Source: Lama guanicoe (lineage: Eukaryota). Taken from it: a stretch of 64,000 bases of DNA. The notes below the pieces were generated by a model. The model was not told where the DNA came from and ran no database searches. It saw only the letters and a list, made by a program, of their open reading frames with translations. The stretch spans positions 144,370-208,369 of the forward strand of contig MU053513.1 of the NCBI GenBank assembly GCA_013239625.1. The letters are read 5' to 3'. The position numbers were made by a program, and so were the translations under genes. The number at the start of each line of letters is the position of its first letter. The stretch's first letter is position 1. Positions 12,761 to 25,389 of the stretch are shown here, in pieces.

Positions 12761-13306
12761 TAGGGCAACTAAGGCCAAAGATCAAATCCCAAATACCTTT
12801 CCTTGGAAGTGGTTTGAAATAGGTTTCATAGTATAGCATCCATCACAGTGTGTAATTGTTTTGACCAAACATATTTGATCATAGAATATCATAACAGGAA
12901 ATCTTTCGCAATTAGGTGTTCTCTGGAGTGTCCTAAGGACCGCCTGGGGTATCAATCATATAAAACACCGCCCTACATCCCCACCCGACTTTGCACTGTT
13001 AACCAGAATAGTTCTTTAACAGGACAAGGATAATGTTCTGAGGATAGTGAAGAAAGACATTTCACCTGGCTATACACTTTTGAAACCAGAAACTTGAAAC
13101 TTCTTTTTCAACAGATAGAAACTCTTAGGAGCCAGAGAGGTGACATAATTTGCCCTTGATCACCAGCTGGCTGATGGTGGAGCCAAGTTCAAGTGAGGTC
13201 TGTTAATGCAGGATTGTTTCTCTAGGTTACTTACGATCTGACACAATACATCTATATCAAAGCCAACCATCACATCATGAAAGGAGTGGGAATCTGTGAA
13301 GAGACT

Positions 13307-13789
13307 CGGGCGTAGTCTTGAGCCAACCCCTACCAGCTCAGGAGAGCTGATTTATTAAATCTTCAGAAGTTTTGGTATCCAACTGTTAAACTCATACATA
13401 ATTAAAAATCAAACTATATAAATTAATAATTAAATGATATTTATTTATATTAATATAAAATATAAATTATATTATAACAAATATTAAAAAAACTAACAAA
13501 CACTTGAAAATCATCACTTTTTTACTACATTTTACTATTTTCTATACTTCTGATGCTCTTTGTGGTCTACTCCATCTTTATAGTATAAATACTACATAAT
13601 GCTTGGCTATTGAACCACCCTTCCACATTCTTCATTCAGTGGCATCATGTAGTTTGAAATCTGCTGTGGTGCGAGTATTTACATGATGAAAATTGTCAAA
13701 TGCCACAGTTCGACAGCTCTCCTCCCCAATCGCTCTCACCCACGCACAGCCAGAGAGCTGGCTGTTAAATATATACCAGTACACCATTG
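13307..13789. mobile_element. MER63-like hAT DNA transposon remnant
   Basis: Starts gagccaacccctaccagctcaggagagctgatt, ends gagagctggctgttaaatatataccagtacaccattg, matching recalled MER63 termini. Confidence 0.75.
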
Positions 13790-13799
13790 CCTGAATATG

Positions 13800-13960
13800 A
13801 ATATTATACTATTCTTCACTTTTTCTGGGATCTTGGGTAAATCATTTAACTCCTTTCTTAACTTGGCTTGAAAATTAGATATAATGATGCCACCCTCATT
13901 TAATAATTGCAGTGATTAATTGAGATTATATGTACGAACATTCACAAAAGACTGCCCTAT
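13800..13960 (+). mobile_element. MIR SINE
   Basis: atcttgggtaaatcatttaactcc...gtgattaattgagattatatgtacgaa. Confidence 0.6.
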
Positions 13961-14984
13961 ACACAGGACCACTGCTACTGTATATGGCATATTTTTGATG
14001 ATTTAAAAAAAAATCCCAAGTGCCTTTAAGACACTGATCAGTCATGGTATTATAGTAGTACACTGATTCTTATTACAATAAAATACAACTGCCATTTACC
14101 AGAAAACTATCAAAAACGTCCTCACATCCGTGGAAAAAATAATGTAGATTTTTTGAATGTTCAAGCAGCCTATAAGGTTTAAAAAAAAGTATTTTCTTTA
14201 TTTACCCTCATATATAAAGCTTCTGCTTAAATATTCACTCAGTTGCTTTTCCTTGTATAACTCTCTTCAAAGTCCTTTTTGTTTTTGTTTTTGTGTCAGG
14301 GGGTGTGGTGTCAAACACACAGCTGACAAGGAGTTGTGCATTCTTTCATTTTCTATGAAGGAGGGCTCAGACAAGTCCTCTATCTGGGGGCCAGAGCTCC
14401 CCAGCAACACTCAGTAGTGACTTGTTCTTCTCACGTGAAGCAGACGGAGTTTTCAGCCGGAGCCTTTGCTCCTATACAGAACGCAGTGTTTCTGAGACTC
14501 GTCTAAGCGGGCACCTGCCTCACCTACAGGGAAAAGGATACGTCACCCTGGGGTCTCATGTTGAAAATCAGTTTTGCTTACAGATTGTTCTTGTTTGTTC
14601 TGATGTGACGTTTGTATGAAAATTCAGTGTCCTGAATAAGGGAGGAGAAGAATGGCTTTGGGTGTTCTAAACTGGCTGAAAGGTGCCTTACGGTATGTCC
14701 CCATCTCTGAGCAGTTAATCCTAAGTCATGTTTGCAGGCTCTTAGCTACACAAGGTGGGTAAAGACTCTGCTGGCTCTTCTCACTACCGAGAGCGCTCCA
14801 TCTCCGCATGTTTGATCAGACAGCAAGGAAAAAAGTATATACATGTATACACAGGTCACTCTTTCACCAGGGGCTTGAAAATACTGCCAAACTATATCAG
14901 GCGTTTGAAGTCAATAGGAAATAAAGAAAAGGTGAGTTTGGTTTTCATTGTTTTCAAAAGCAAAGGGGAATTGCAACCAAAAAT

Positions 14985-15155
14985 TCAGGATGGAGGTTAA
15001 TCATGGGATGGGGACACATCGGGAGTCGCTAAAATTTGGCAGTTTTCTAGTTCTTGACCTGAGTGGTGGTTCATGATATTATATTTTGTAACATATATTT
15101 AATATAAACTATAATTCTCTATATACAGAATATTATATTACCATAATAAAGGAGA
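14985..15155 (+). mobile_element. Old L1M(E/C) 3' end
   Basis: gttttctagttcttgacctgagtggtggttcatg ... ataataaa. Confidence 0.6.
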
Positions 15156-17879
15156 TACAATAATCATACTATAATCCTAATTTTTACAGACACTAGAGTT
15201 AGAAGACATTCCCAGACAATTACTAACTTGAATCTTTACCGCAGATATAATAGACAGGTGCTGTCTTGTTCTCTGAGTTCTGCCAAGAATTTAACTCTGT
15301 GTGAATGCATTTCGTGTGCATGCATTTCATATGATAAGAATGTTGGAATAATTAAAAGTAAATAATCATAAAATGCATGTATTTTCCAGAAAGCAAAATT
15401 AAAGCATTTAAAACATGCTTTATGTTAAATAAGAATGGTTTATTTTAAGTGATTATATTCAACTTAGGTAGTAAATACGATTTCTTCCTTTTTTGAGAAG
15501 TGTCCTTGGGTACTGAGTATCATAAACCATTTCACATCTGGGGCGAATTTTTAGAGAGAAGATCACTAGCACCTGGATTTCAGAAACATTCAAAATGTCT
15601 TTTGTATGTTTCCAGCTGGAAATATTTTTGCTCATAGAGGATATAGGTTTGTAAGTTAAAGTTCTCTTTCTTTCACCAGACCACCCTATCTCCTTTCTCT
15701 TCCTGATCTTATGCTTCTTCAATCATAATAAAATTGACTACACTCCAGGTTCTGCACTAAGCCCCAGTAACCTATTTTTTCCATTTTCCATTTTAATTTA
15801 TTTACTAAGCCTCATGCTATATACCTGAAGGCTCTCCTAACATTATTTTTATGTGATGCTGAATGATACTATACTGTTAGATATAAAAATCAATGGACCA
15901 AATTTGAACTCCTTTTAAAATTTTATAATCTGAATGATAAATATCTTCTAGAATCTACCAAGTTTTCAAATTTTTAAACACTTTCAGGGGACTAAAGTAT
16001 TCTGGGTTCTCTTTATAAATTCTGTGAACAAGCGATTATTGTTACAATGATTTGGGTTTTTTTCCCCTCCTCAATTTACTCTCAGAAAAGTGACCCAAGT
16101 TGGTCACTTGGGGCCCAGATGAGGTGAAAACTCAGCCTAAGATTCTAAGAGGTTCTTGGGGTTCCCAGAATTCATCACTTCTGTTTTAAATGTTCTTTAT
16201 TAGGCTCCTAAATTGGTAACATTTTTTCCCTTTTTATTCTCTCTCTCATTTAAAAGATAAAAGGAATGATTTTATGTTTAGGCAGATTTTTCTCATAACT
16301 TTAATTCATATTTGCTAACTATTTTGCCTTGTGGCATACCACTCTTATTACTGCCAACTCCCTAAAATGTGTTCCAACGTCTCAGATTGAATAAGCACAT
16401 TAAGGATCTGTGTTTTTATAATCATTAAAAATAGCTTAATGATGATACACTTAATAGACATAATTTCTTCAATGGCGTGTATAAATTAACAGCAACAACA
16501 TCCCTTTCTGATGCTGGGAGGAGGTCGGTATTAATACAGACCCAAGGAGCCAGACGGAATAGCAGGGGAGAAGAACAGGGACCAGGGAACCAATTCCTCC
16601 GTCCTTTCTCACATCTTTGCAGTTCAATAGCGAAAGGATGGAGCAAAGCCAGCAGTATTCAGACTGTTATAGACCATGATAATTCAAACGTGTGATTCTA
16701 GAAAAGGGCAGAAGTAAAAGTTCACAGCACATCCTCGGGAGTGCGAATTTCTAAAATCTTTAGAAATCCTAGGGGCGTGCATGACCTTTACCCTTCTACC
16801 TTGTCTCGCAGACACCGCAGCGCACTGGTTAAAGTCAGTGAGTGGTCAGGAAGAAACTTTCTTCTCAAGTAGCACCACTTCACAACACTCTTCTTTTTGA
16901 TCTGTACAAACTCTTGAAGGGCTTTCCTCCACTTGTTTGCCTTTGCCTGATCTTTCTAGTTGTCAGAAATTAATATTTTACATCTCGGGAGAACTGTAAT
17001 CACACGCAATGTCTCAGGCTAGATGCTGTCCGTTCCAGGCATAGGCTATTAAATTTGTGACAAGCATTTGAATCATTTTACATAGAAATTATCCAGTCAT
17101 TTCAAATTTAATGCGGATCTATTTCAGTGTAAGTCACCAGATAACACTTTGTATTTATTTTAAAGAAATATGTGTAGACTTCTTTCAAAAGGCAAAAAAA
17201 CCTATCTTCCATTTTTTAGAACTAAACAAACAAAAACTTAATAGCATTTTTTTCTAACTTTCTACGTAAAAGAGGATTTTTTGCCCCAAAGCGATTCCTG
17301 TCCAGTGGAGATCCTTGCCAGATGACATAAGATCTTCTATACTGGCAGATTCAGGGCCTATTTGGAAAGCTTCGCTGCCACCTGCAGCTGCACCTGCTGT
17401 GAGGTTTTACTTGTAGATTCCTTGGTGGGTTCAAAATCTTTTGCCTAGATTAGTAAAATGAGCCTAATCCTAGAAGCAATTTTCTAGTATAGTTAAGGGG
17501 TTTCCCTGGGTAGGGATGGACTATACAGATATGTTTTCCCCTTGCAAATTTATATGAACTAATGGATGCATAAACAATAAATAGATTGTGTACTGGGATG
17601 TAATTTTCTTCATTAACTAACATTATCGTACTAAAATTGGTTGGAATTTACCATGGAGTTAGTCCTCAGATAAGTATTGAGTTTAGAAAGAAGAAATTGA
17701 TTCTGGGATCTTCTGTTTTTTTCTGTTTTGTAATTTCATCTACTTCTAGCAGAATTTTTTTTAAATGCTTGTGTTTTGTGATTTTATAATACTGTATTTG
17801 TTTCAAAATAGAAAATCTTTGACTTATTAAATTAGAAATAAAAAATCCAACTTTGTACCATGTCCTTGTAGACACTGGT

Positions 17880-18365
17880 CAGTGTGGTCCTGAGGGATAG
17901 CTCTAATCTCAACTCTCACCACCTTCTCCAGTTCATGCTCGTCTAAGCACCCTGGCCTCTTGAGGGTCTTCAGATATACTACGAGTAACCTTGTCTCATG
18001 GCCTTTCTCCATGCTCTTCCTTACATCTGAAACAGGCCATTCCTTAGCTATCTGGACAGCTGGGCTCCCTTACTTCGTGTAAGTGTCTGGTTTAGTGTCA
18101 TCTAAGCAGAAAGACCCACCCTGAATGCCACGTCAGATACATCAGTGCCTCGCCACACACATAGTCATTAACCATTCCATTACCCTGATTTATTGTATTT
18201 CTAATTCTCACCCTCACCAGGTATATTATAAATTTATTTGCTTATCTGTTTATGGTCTCCTTCCAAAGAGTATGCATTCCACAAATACAGGCACTTTAGG
18301 TGTTTTATGTGCACGGTTCAGTCCCTTGTGCAAAGTGGGTACTTCACAATTATTTGTTTAATAAA
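17880..18365 (+). mobile_element. L2 3' fragment
   Basis: ggcctttctccatgctcttcctt...tttgcttatctgtttatggtctccttcc...tatttgtttaataaat. Confidence 0.7.
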
Positions 18366-19534
18366 TTTATAAAAAAATGATACATTAGACTTTGTTATGG
18401 CTTTTAGGACCTCTTTGCTTTGCTTTCAAAATTACTAAAATATCTGTGATGCTCTTAACAGATTAAATGGCTGAAGTTGACTTTCCTTTCTTACAAAATT
18501 GAAAATTTTAAGGATTACATAAGCTTTTACTTAATAATATTCCAATATTTTTCAATTATGGAAGAATGAGAGGATTTATTTTGGTAAAGATTTATAAAGT
18601 CGCTTTCTTTATGCACGATCTTACTCATACACTCAGCATAAAGCAGTCTTTCCCTCCAGTATTAGGAACTCTGTTTGCCAAAGTGCCCAAGAACCACCAA
18701 ATAAGATGTTTCAACCAAGAGAGGGATAGTCTCAGTGTCACTTAACCTCAAATCAATGTAACTTCCTTTCTTTTAAATGAGAATTAGAACATGAATTTAA
18801 GGATGTGTTCAGGTAAAGATGTCCATGGTTATATATCATTGTCAATTCATTAGAAAAGTCTGTTTCTACTCAAGATGTCAGAAAAGTTTGTTTATTGAAA
18901 AATAAATTGACTTTCTGTTAACAAAAACCTCATTGTCTGTTTCTCAACAATAAGCAAAGAAGTAGAGATCATCTGAAGTTTAAATGACATAGGTATCTTT
19001 ATATAGATCACACTGAGTTTAAAAATGATTATGTTATTTTGTTGATAATTTTCTGAGCATTGTTTTGAAACAAAATTTATATTTTGCAATCGTAGGAAGA
19101 CTTGGCAGAGTTTTTCCATTACAATATTCTTTGCCAGAAAATTTGGATGAATAAAACAATTTGAAGAGCCTACATCATTTTCAACAGCTATGCTATTATA
19201 CTTTTGAAGACAAAAAAAATTACCATGTGAAAAAAAAGTAGGTATGTTCTTACTATTTTAAAAAATTATTTCCCCAGAAAAAGATTCTTAAGTGAATAAT
19301 GAAGCCAGATTCAATATCTTAGATCTTCGTAACAGGATAAAAAAAAAAAAGCAAGCTTCTGTTAATTTTGAGAAATACAGGGTCAAAAATGACACATATG
19401 GAATAATTGAAATACATGACAATGTCTGTGCTACTTACTGTGCACATATGCTGTGCGTGATTTTCTAGTACACGTGTGTGTAGTTGATCGATTGCCCTAA
19501 TTTCTGAATTTAATAAGCACTAGATCCAATGCTG

Positions 19535-19850
19535 TTTTCTTGAAGTATGTTGGTTTACAATGTTGTGTTAATTTCTAGTTTACAGCATAGTGATTCAGTT
19601 GTGTGTGTATATGTATGTTAAACTGTATTAATAATGTGTCTATATAGTGATATATATATAAAACAGTATTAATGGTGTGTATAGACATTAAATATTATTG
19701 TATGTAGTTCTATAATACTGTTATATATTACAGTATTAATAGTGTTGAATATATATTATTTATAATGTATATTATGTATTACATATAGTGTGTGTACATA
19801 TATGTTATATTTAATTATATACATACTGTGTATATATATATTAAAATGGT
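19535..19850 (-). mobile_element. Very short cetartiodactyl-type L1 3' end followed by (TA)-rich low-complexity DNA
   Basis: ttgaagtatgttggtttacaatgttgtgttaatttctagtttacagcatagtgattcagtt is the reverse complement of the end of 62045-62289. Confidence 0.75.
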
Positions 19851-20454
19851 ATTGGTTTTAGTACTTACTTCAGGTACCATTATCAGGCTCTGGATAACCT
19901 ATGGCGCATACAATCTACTTTCTTTGAATGGTGTTGCATATTCAGAACATTTGTTAAATTTAAAAAGTGTTATTCTTATCTATGCTTAATTTGTCACATC
20001 TTATGCATGTGTGTGAACTTCACCTCTATGGATTGTAAATTATTCCCAGAGTCCATTTATTCCCTTTTTCTTAAAAATAAATAATTTGTAAGAATTAATA
20101 AGAAGGTAAATGGAAATGATCAGAAAAATTAGTGCTCAGTTGATTTGCAAAACATCAAAAAATATAGATCAATAAATCAATCAAGCCATCCAGTTTTGGA
20201 AGTAGAATCAAGTTACATTTTAATCAGTATTACCTTACTGTGGCCATCAAAGGGAAAAAGTCTCTTCAGGATTCTTAAGGATAAAATAATGTAATTTAAT
20301 TTACCCTAATTAGCACTATCAATCCTATAGACTAAGTACAAAAGTTCAGCATTCACTCATTTTTTTATGCAATAACTGCTATTAAGAATTCACTCATAGT
20401 CAAGAAGTTACAGTCTAGGGACAAACCATTATACGTGATTAAGATATTGCATTG

Positions 20455-20870
20455 AATGCAAGAGAACAACGGATCTTTTAGCTGTGAACAACAGAAAAAT
20501 CAAGCTCACAATGATAAAGCAATCTGTTTCTCTTATATAAGTGAAATTCTAGCTGTGGGTGAATGTTGGTTGGTGTTTTATGAGTCAGTAATGTCAGAAT
20601 CAAAAAGACAATCTGGTACTTTTGCAGACTGGCTTTCATGGTAGCAGGAGCTACTGAAGCCCTGGCATCTTCTTTCAAGGCAGGACCAATGAAGACAGAG
20701 CAGAATTCAGTAGAAAAGAAAAATTTCCCAAGCCACCCCAAGAAATCATCTACTTGTGTAATTCCTGGGTGTCACATTAAACCCTCAGCTCTAGGAAGGC
20801 TGGAAAAGGGAGTATTTAGTTTTTCCAGCCTCTTAAGTGATGGGAAAAAGGAAACGGTTTTATTTTGCAC
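20455..20870 (-). mobile_element. Old MaLR LTR (MLT1I/J/K-like)
   Basis: cttttagctgtgaacaacagaaaaatcaagctcac...ctaggaaggctggaaaagggagtatttagttttcc. Confidence 0.55.
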
Positions 20871-22494
20871 TCATGAATTTTTGTGGATTTGGTATCTCTC
20901 AGTAGTCTACATTTATTACTGTTTTTGAGTCTCAGTTGTTACACCTTGAGTGTAGGAATCCATTCCAAGTGACTCCCACGTATTTTTGACATGACTGCTT
21001 TAAAATATGAAAATGTTTCCTTGTTTCCTGGTTTCCGTGTATAATAAGCCCTCTTAGGTTTGCCAGGTACCGTCCCTACCACCCAGCCAGGGTCAGCCTT
21101 TTCTCCAGGATATTCTGGTTTCTTTCAACAGGGAGTGGAACTGGAGAAGACACTTTTGCCAGGGATGTTTATTGTTATGGAAGGTGATAAAGCTTCCAAG
21201 CAATTTTACTAAAGTAGTGAGAATTTTCACATTTATTAAATCATAATCTGTATTTTCAATTCAACTTCAACATTTCAGAGTTTTTATTTAATATCTTTGA
21301 TTTATAAGTTTATCTTCTTTTATTTGCTTTATTCAAAATAAAGTAAACTTGGATTGATTCCTTTATTCGGTTAATCAGTTTAATTAACATGTTCCACTAA
21401 TAAATTTATTCAATATATTGTGCTCTAATATCCCTTAAAATAGATCTTTTTCCAGTGTCTATATTACTGATTTGTTATAAGGTCAAATTCCTCTGTTTCT
21501 TTTCTTTTTCACCTACAAGATTTAAAAATAATTAGTAGGTACACGTGATTGAAGTTAAAACTCTGTACAAAGATATACATAGAGAGGTCTTGTTTTCGTT
21601 GCTGTCCCTTCACCACATTTCTTTTCCTTCTCTTATTTTTATTAGCCAATTGATGATCTTTATGAATAATGTATATGTGTTGTGTTAATTTAAACATGAT
21701 AGCATGTATATTATTTTCCCCCTTACTTAGCTAAAAGTTAGGATGTAACACAGACAGTTCTGTACTCTGCTTTCTTGAGTTTGCAATATATCCTGGAATT
21801 TTCTTCTTATGAGTACATTATTTTTTATGGTTGCATAGTAGCCCAGTATATAGATCTGCCATCTAGAGCAACTGGTTTCTTCAGCTGGATATGGAGGTTG
21901 CTTTCAATGTTTGCTAGTGTAAAAAATGTCACAGCAAATAACCTCATCCACATATCATTTCATATTTCTTCAGTGTATATGTATATCCCAATTAGAGTCC
22001 TCAAATAGGGATTGCTGTGCCAAGGAGTGTGTGTGAGTAACTTTGATCGATTAGCCAATACTCATCCGCATAGTTTTACAGCAACTACAATAATATATGG
22101 GAGTGTATTCTCACAGCTTTACCAGCAAATATTTGGATTTTAGGCAATCTGGTATATGAAGGGCGTTATATCTCAGTATAGTTTAACTTAGTATTTATTC
22201 TATATGGGGGAGGTAGAACGTCTTTTCATCAGTGGAAAGGATATATGAATATAACTTTTCTTATGAACTATTTGTGTCTTTTGACATTTTTCCATTTTTT
22301 GTCTTGTTCTTAATTACTAAAAGGTTCTGTATTAGGGAAATTAGCCTTTTGTCACAGAGGTGGCAGGTAGCTTTCCTCAGCAGGGAATTTTCATTTTTAT
22401 GTTTTATTTTCTTTATGGTATTTCTTTTTGTCATACAGTTTTTCTATTTTTTAAAAAAAATTTTAATGTATCAAATTTGACAGTTTTCACTTTT

Positions 22495-23208
22495 TATCCC
22501 AAGCTATCTGAATTGCAAATTTGCTAGGATGAATTTACATACACAACACAGCAAAAACATTAACGTAACTCATGAGGACTGGGTTAGAGAAGGCGGACCC
22601 GTGCTGCCGTCCTGTCTCAGCTGCAGTCCCTGCAGGCTCACAGCACCTGCCAGAAATGTTTATACGTCCTGACTCTCACCAGGCTTCACCCTCCAGATTC
22701 CACGTCTTTCTTGCTGTGTAATCTCCCCCGAGCATTTCTTTAAATGGTAAATGTCATGTTTTTGAAATTCTCGTTTTTGTTTATTTTGCTAAGTGTTCTT
22801 TAGATTTATTTTACATGTTTGAAACAAAATATTTAATGGAGTTTATTTACATGACAGCTTATGTTCATTGCAGTATAGAAATAAAGTATACTTTGTATTG
22901 AATACCATAGAAATCACTGCCTACTGAATACAAACATACCTACTCATAAGTTCATTAAGTGTTAGATTATTAGGTAATTGATGTTTTAAAAGCTTTATGT
23001 TATGCAAAAGCCTGTGGAGGATTGTTCTGTTGCTGTTTTAGAGTGTTTATTGACATCTGGGGAAATTAGCTGCAGGTTTCAGATGGGCCAATTGTTTTAT
23101 TATTATTTCCATTTAATATAGTGGAATATAGGCTCCCTCTGTTTGAAAATTTACCATCCCTTGTTGACTGGCAGTGATTAGATTCAGATAGAGTTGTTTA
23201 TACTTGTA
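22495..23208. mobile_element. TIR-bounded insertion, probably a Tigger-type MITE, nested in L1
   Basis: Inverted ctatctgaat (22504-22513) / attcagatag (23182-23191); L1 sequence stops before it and resumes after it. Confidence 0.5.
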
Positions 23209-23224
23209 TGATTTCTTTTCTTTC

Positions 23225-23275
23225 CTTCTTCTTCTTCTTCTTCTTCTTCTTCTTCTTCTTCTTCTTCTTCTTCTT
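23225..23275. repeat. (CTT)17 / (GAA)n microsatellite
   Basis: Perfect trinucleotide tract; source of the poly-Arg ORF 23113-23361. Confidence 0.95.
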
Positions 23276-23515
23276 TCTTCTTCTTTTTTTTTGTAAAACA
23301 CATTTAGAGCTCTGATACATTTGGGTTTTACCCTGGTGTTTGGTGTGATCTGTAGTTCCAAATTTTGTCTTTCACCATGTGGTTACCTAGTTGTCCCATC
23401 TCCAAGTGTCGATAGACTCCATCTTTTCTCAACTTCTTTGAGATATTATTTCATAAACTGTATTCACTTATGTACTATGTTAATCCAACTCTTAAATATT
23501 ATCCTATTTTGAAGG

Positions 23516-23876
23516 TGCACCACATATCTCGGATATAGGAATTACACTTCCTTTGGCATATACCAAAAGTGGAATTACTAGATCCTATAGTAGTTAGTTC
23601 TATTTTTAATTTTCAGGAAACTTCCATACTGTTTTCTCTCATGACTGTCCAATCTATATACCCACCAACACGCACAAAGTCTCCCTTTTCTCCACACTTG
23701 TTATTTCTTGTCTTTCTGATCACAGCCATCCTAAGAGATGTGATGTGATATCTCATCATGGTTTTAACTGCATTTTTCTGATTATTAGTGATTTCAGCAC
23801 CTTTTCATATACCCATTGGCCATCTGTATGTGCTCTTTGGAGAAATACTTATTCAGGTTCTTTGTCTATTTTTGAA
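23516..23876 (-). mobile_element. L1 ORF2 segment in inverted orientation
   Basis: ataccaaaagtggaattactagatcc...tttggagaaatacttattcaggttctttgtctattttt. Confidence 0.85.
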
Positions 23877-24370
23877 TATTTTTCAATTTATTCAAGCTAA
23901 AATAAAAAAGAAAGTTTACCCATTTCTCCCACCCCCACCTATGGCAACCACTGGTCTGTTCTCTGTGTATGAGCTTTTTTTTTTTAACTTTTATTTTAGA
24001 TTCCACATATAAGAGAGATCATATGGTCTCTCTGTCTGACTTATTTTACTTAGCAAAATGCCCTCAAGGTCCATCCCTGTTGTTGAAAGTGGCAAGATTT
24101 CATTCTTTTTTATGACTATGAATGATAGTAACCCATTATATACATATATATGTGTACATGTATATATATATATATACACATATAGACACCTCAGATTCTT
24201 TATCTATTTATCCATTGATGGTCACTTAAGTTGTTTCTATAGCTTGGTAATTGTAAATAATACTGCAGAGAACATGGGGTGTGTGTATCTTTTCAAGTTA
24301 GCATTTTCATTTTCTTCTGATAAATACCCAAAAGTAGAATTGTTGGAGCATATAACAGTTCTAATTTTAA
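23877..24370 (-). mobile_element. L1 3' end with short 3'UTR (same family as 52090-53715)
   Basis: ttcaatttatt...cccatttctcccacccccacctatggcaaccac...ttccacatataagagagatc, shared with 52095-52260. Confidence 0.85.
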
Positions 24371-24834
24371 CCTCCATATATTGCAGCATTATTCACAATA
24401 GCTAAGACATGGAAACAAACTGTGTCCATCAATGGATGAATTGATAAAGAAAATGTGAGATAGATAGATAAATAGGAATATTACTCAACTGCGAACAAGA
24501 AGGAAATCCTATCATGTGCAATAACGTGGATGAACCTGGAGTACATTATGCTAAGTGAAATAAGCCATACAGAAGGATAAATACTGTATAATCTCACTTA
24601 TATGGGGAATCAAAAAAAGTCATACTCATAGAAGCAGAGAGTAGAATAGTGGTTGCCGGGGCTGGGGGAATGGTGAGCTGTTAGTCAAAAGATACAAACC
24701 TTCAAACATTGTACAACCTAAGTTATAAAATGAATACATTCTGGAGATCTAAGTTCAGCATGGTGTTTATAGTTAATCACACTATATTGTACACTTGAAA
24801 TTTGCTGGAAGAGTAGATCTTATCTGTTCCCACT

Positions 24835-24867
<33 letters not shown>

Positions 24868-25033
24868 AACTATGAGGTGATGGATGTATTAATTAACTTG
24901 ATGTGACAATTATCTCACAGTGTATATGTATGTTAAATCATGACATTTTATCTTAAAAAAAAATACCACATTGTACAACCTAAACATACACAATTTTTGT
25001 TTGTTAATCATACCTTAATAAAGCTGGAAAAAA
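24371..25033 (+). mobile_element. L1MA9-like 3' end
   Basis: ttgcagcattattcacaatagc...gagtagatctt...(CA)n aaaaggtaactatgaggtgatgg...aataaagctggaaaaaa. Confidence 0.85.
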
Positions 25034-25389
25034 TAAGTAGTAGCTAAAGTGTTTTCCAAATTAATTACAAGCACCAAATGACATATCAAACTCGGTAAGC
25101 GTGATAAATACAAACACATGTATGCACATGCCCACCCCCGTCACACACACACACACACACACTACTAGACAATCATGTTGAAACTGTAAAAAAAATCAAT
25201 TGACTATATATCTTATCATATTCAGACTTTGCCTTCTGTTCCATTGATCTATTTGTCATCATTATGCCAATATAAATAGTCATGATTATTAAATAATTAA
25301 AATAAATTTTAAAATAAAAGAAATAGAAAAAATGTTCTTTAGGACTCTGCCTAAGCTTTCTTATCTTCTCATTCTCTTGACTACTTTTA

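Larger units (their letters stand above)
20880..23500 (-). mobile_element. Old L1MC/L1ME-type element (3'UTR and ORF2 end), fragmented and interrupted at ~22495-23208
   Basis: tcagccttttctccaggatattctggtttctttc (L1MC4/5-type UTR); antisense ORF2 remnants at 21700-22490 and 23290-23500. Confidence 0.65.

Noticed and set aside
16088..16109. Inverted repeat aagtgacc-N6-ggtcactt resembling a nuclear-receptor element
   Set aside because: Imperfect half-sites with atypical spacing; an 8-bp inverted repeat is expected by chance at this window size
23113..23361. ORF with poly-Arg/Glu stretch
   Set aside because: Antisense translation of a (CTT)n microsatellite within L1 remnants
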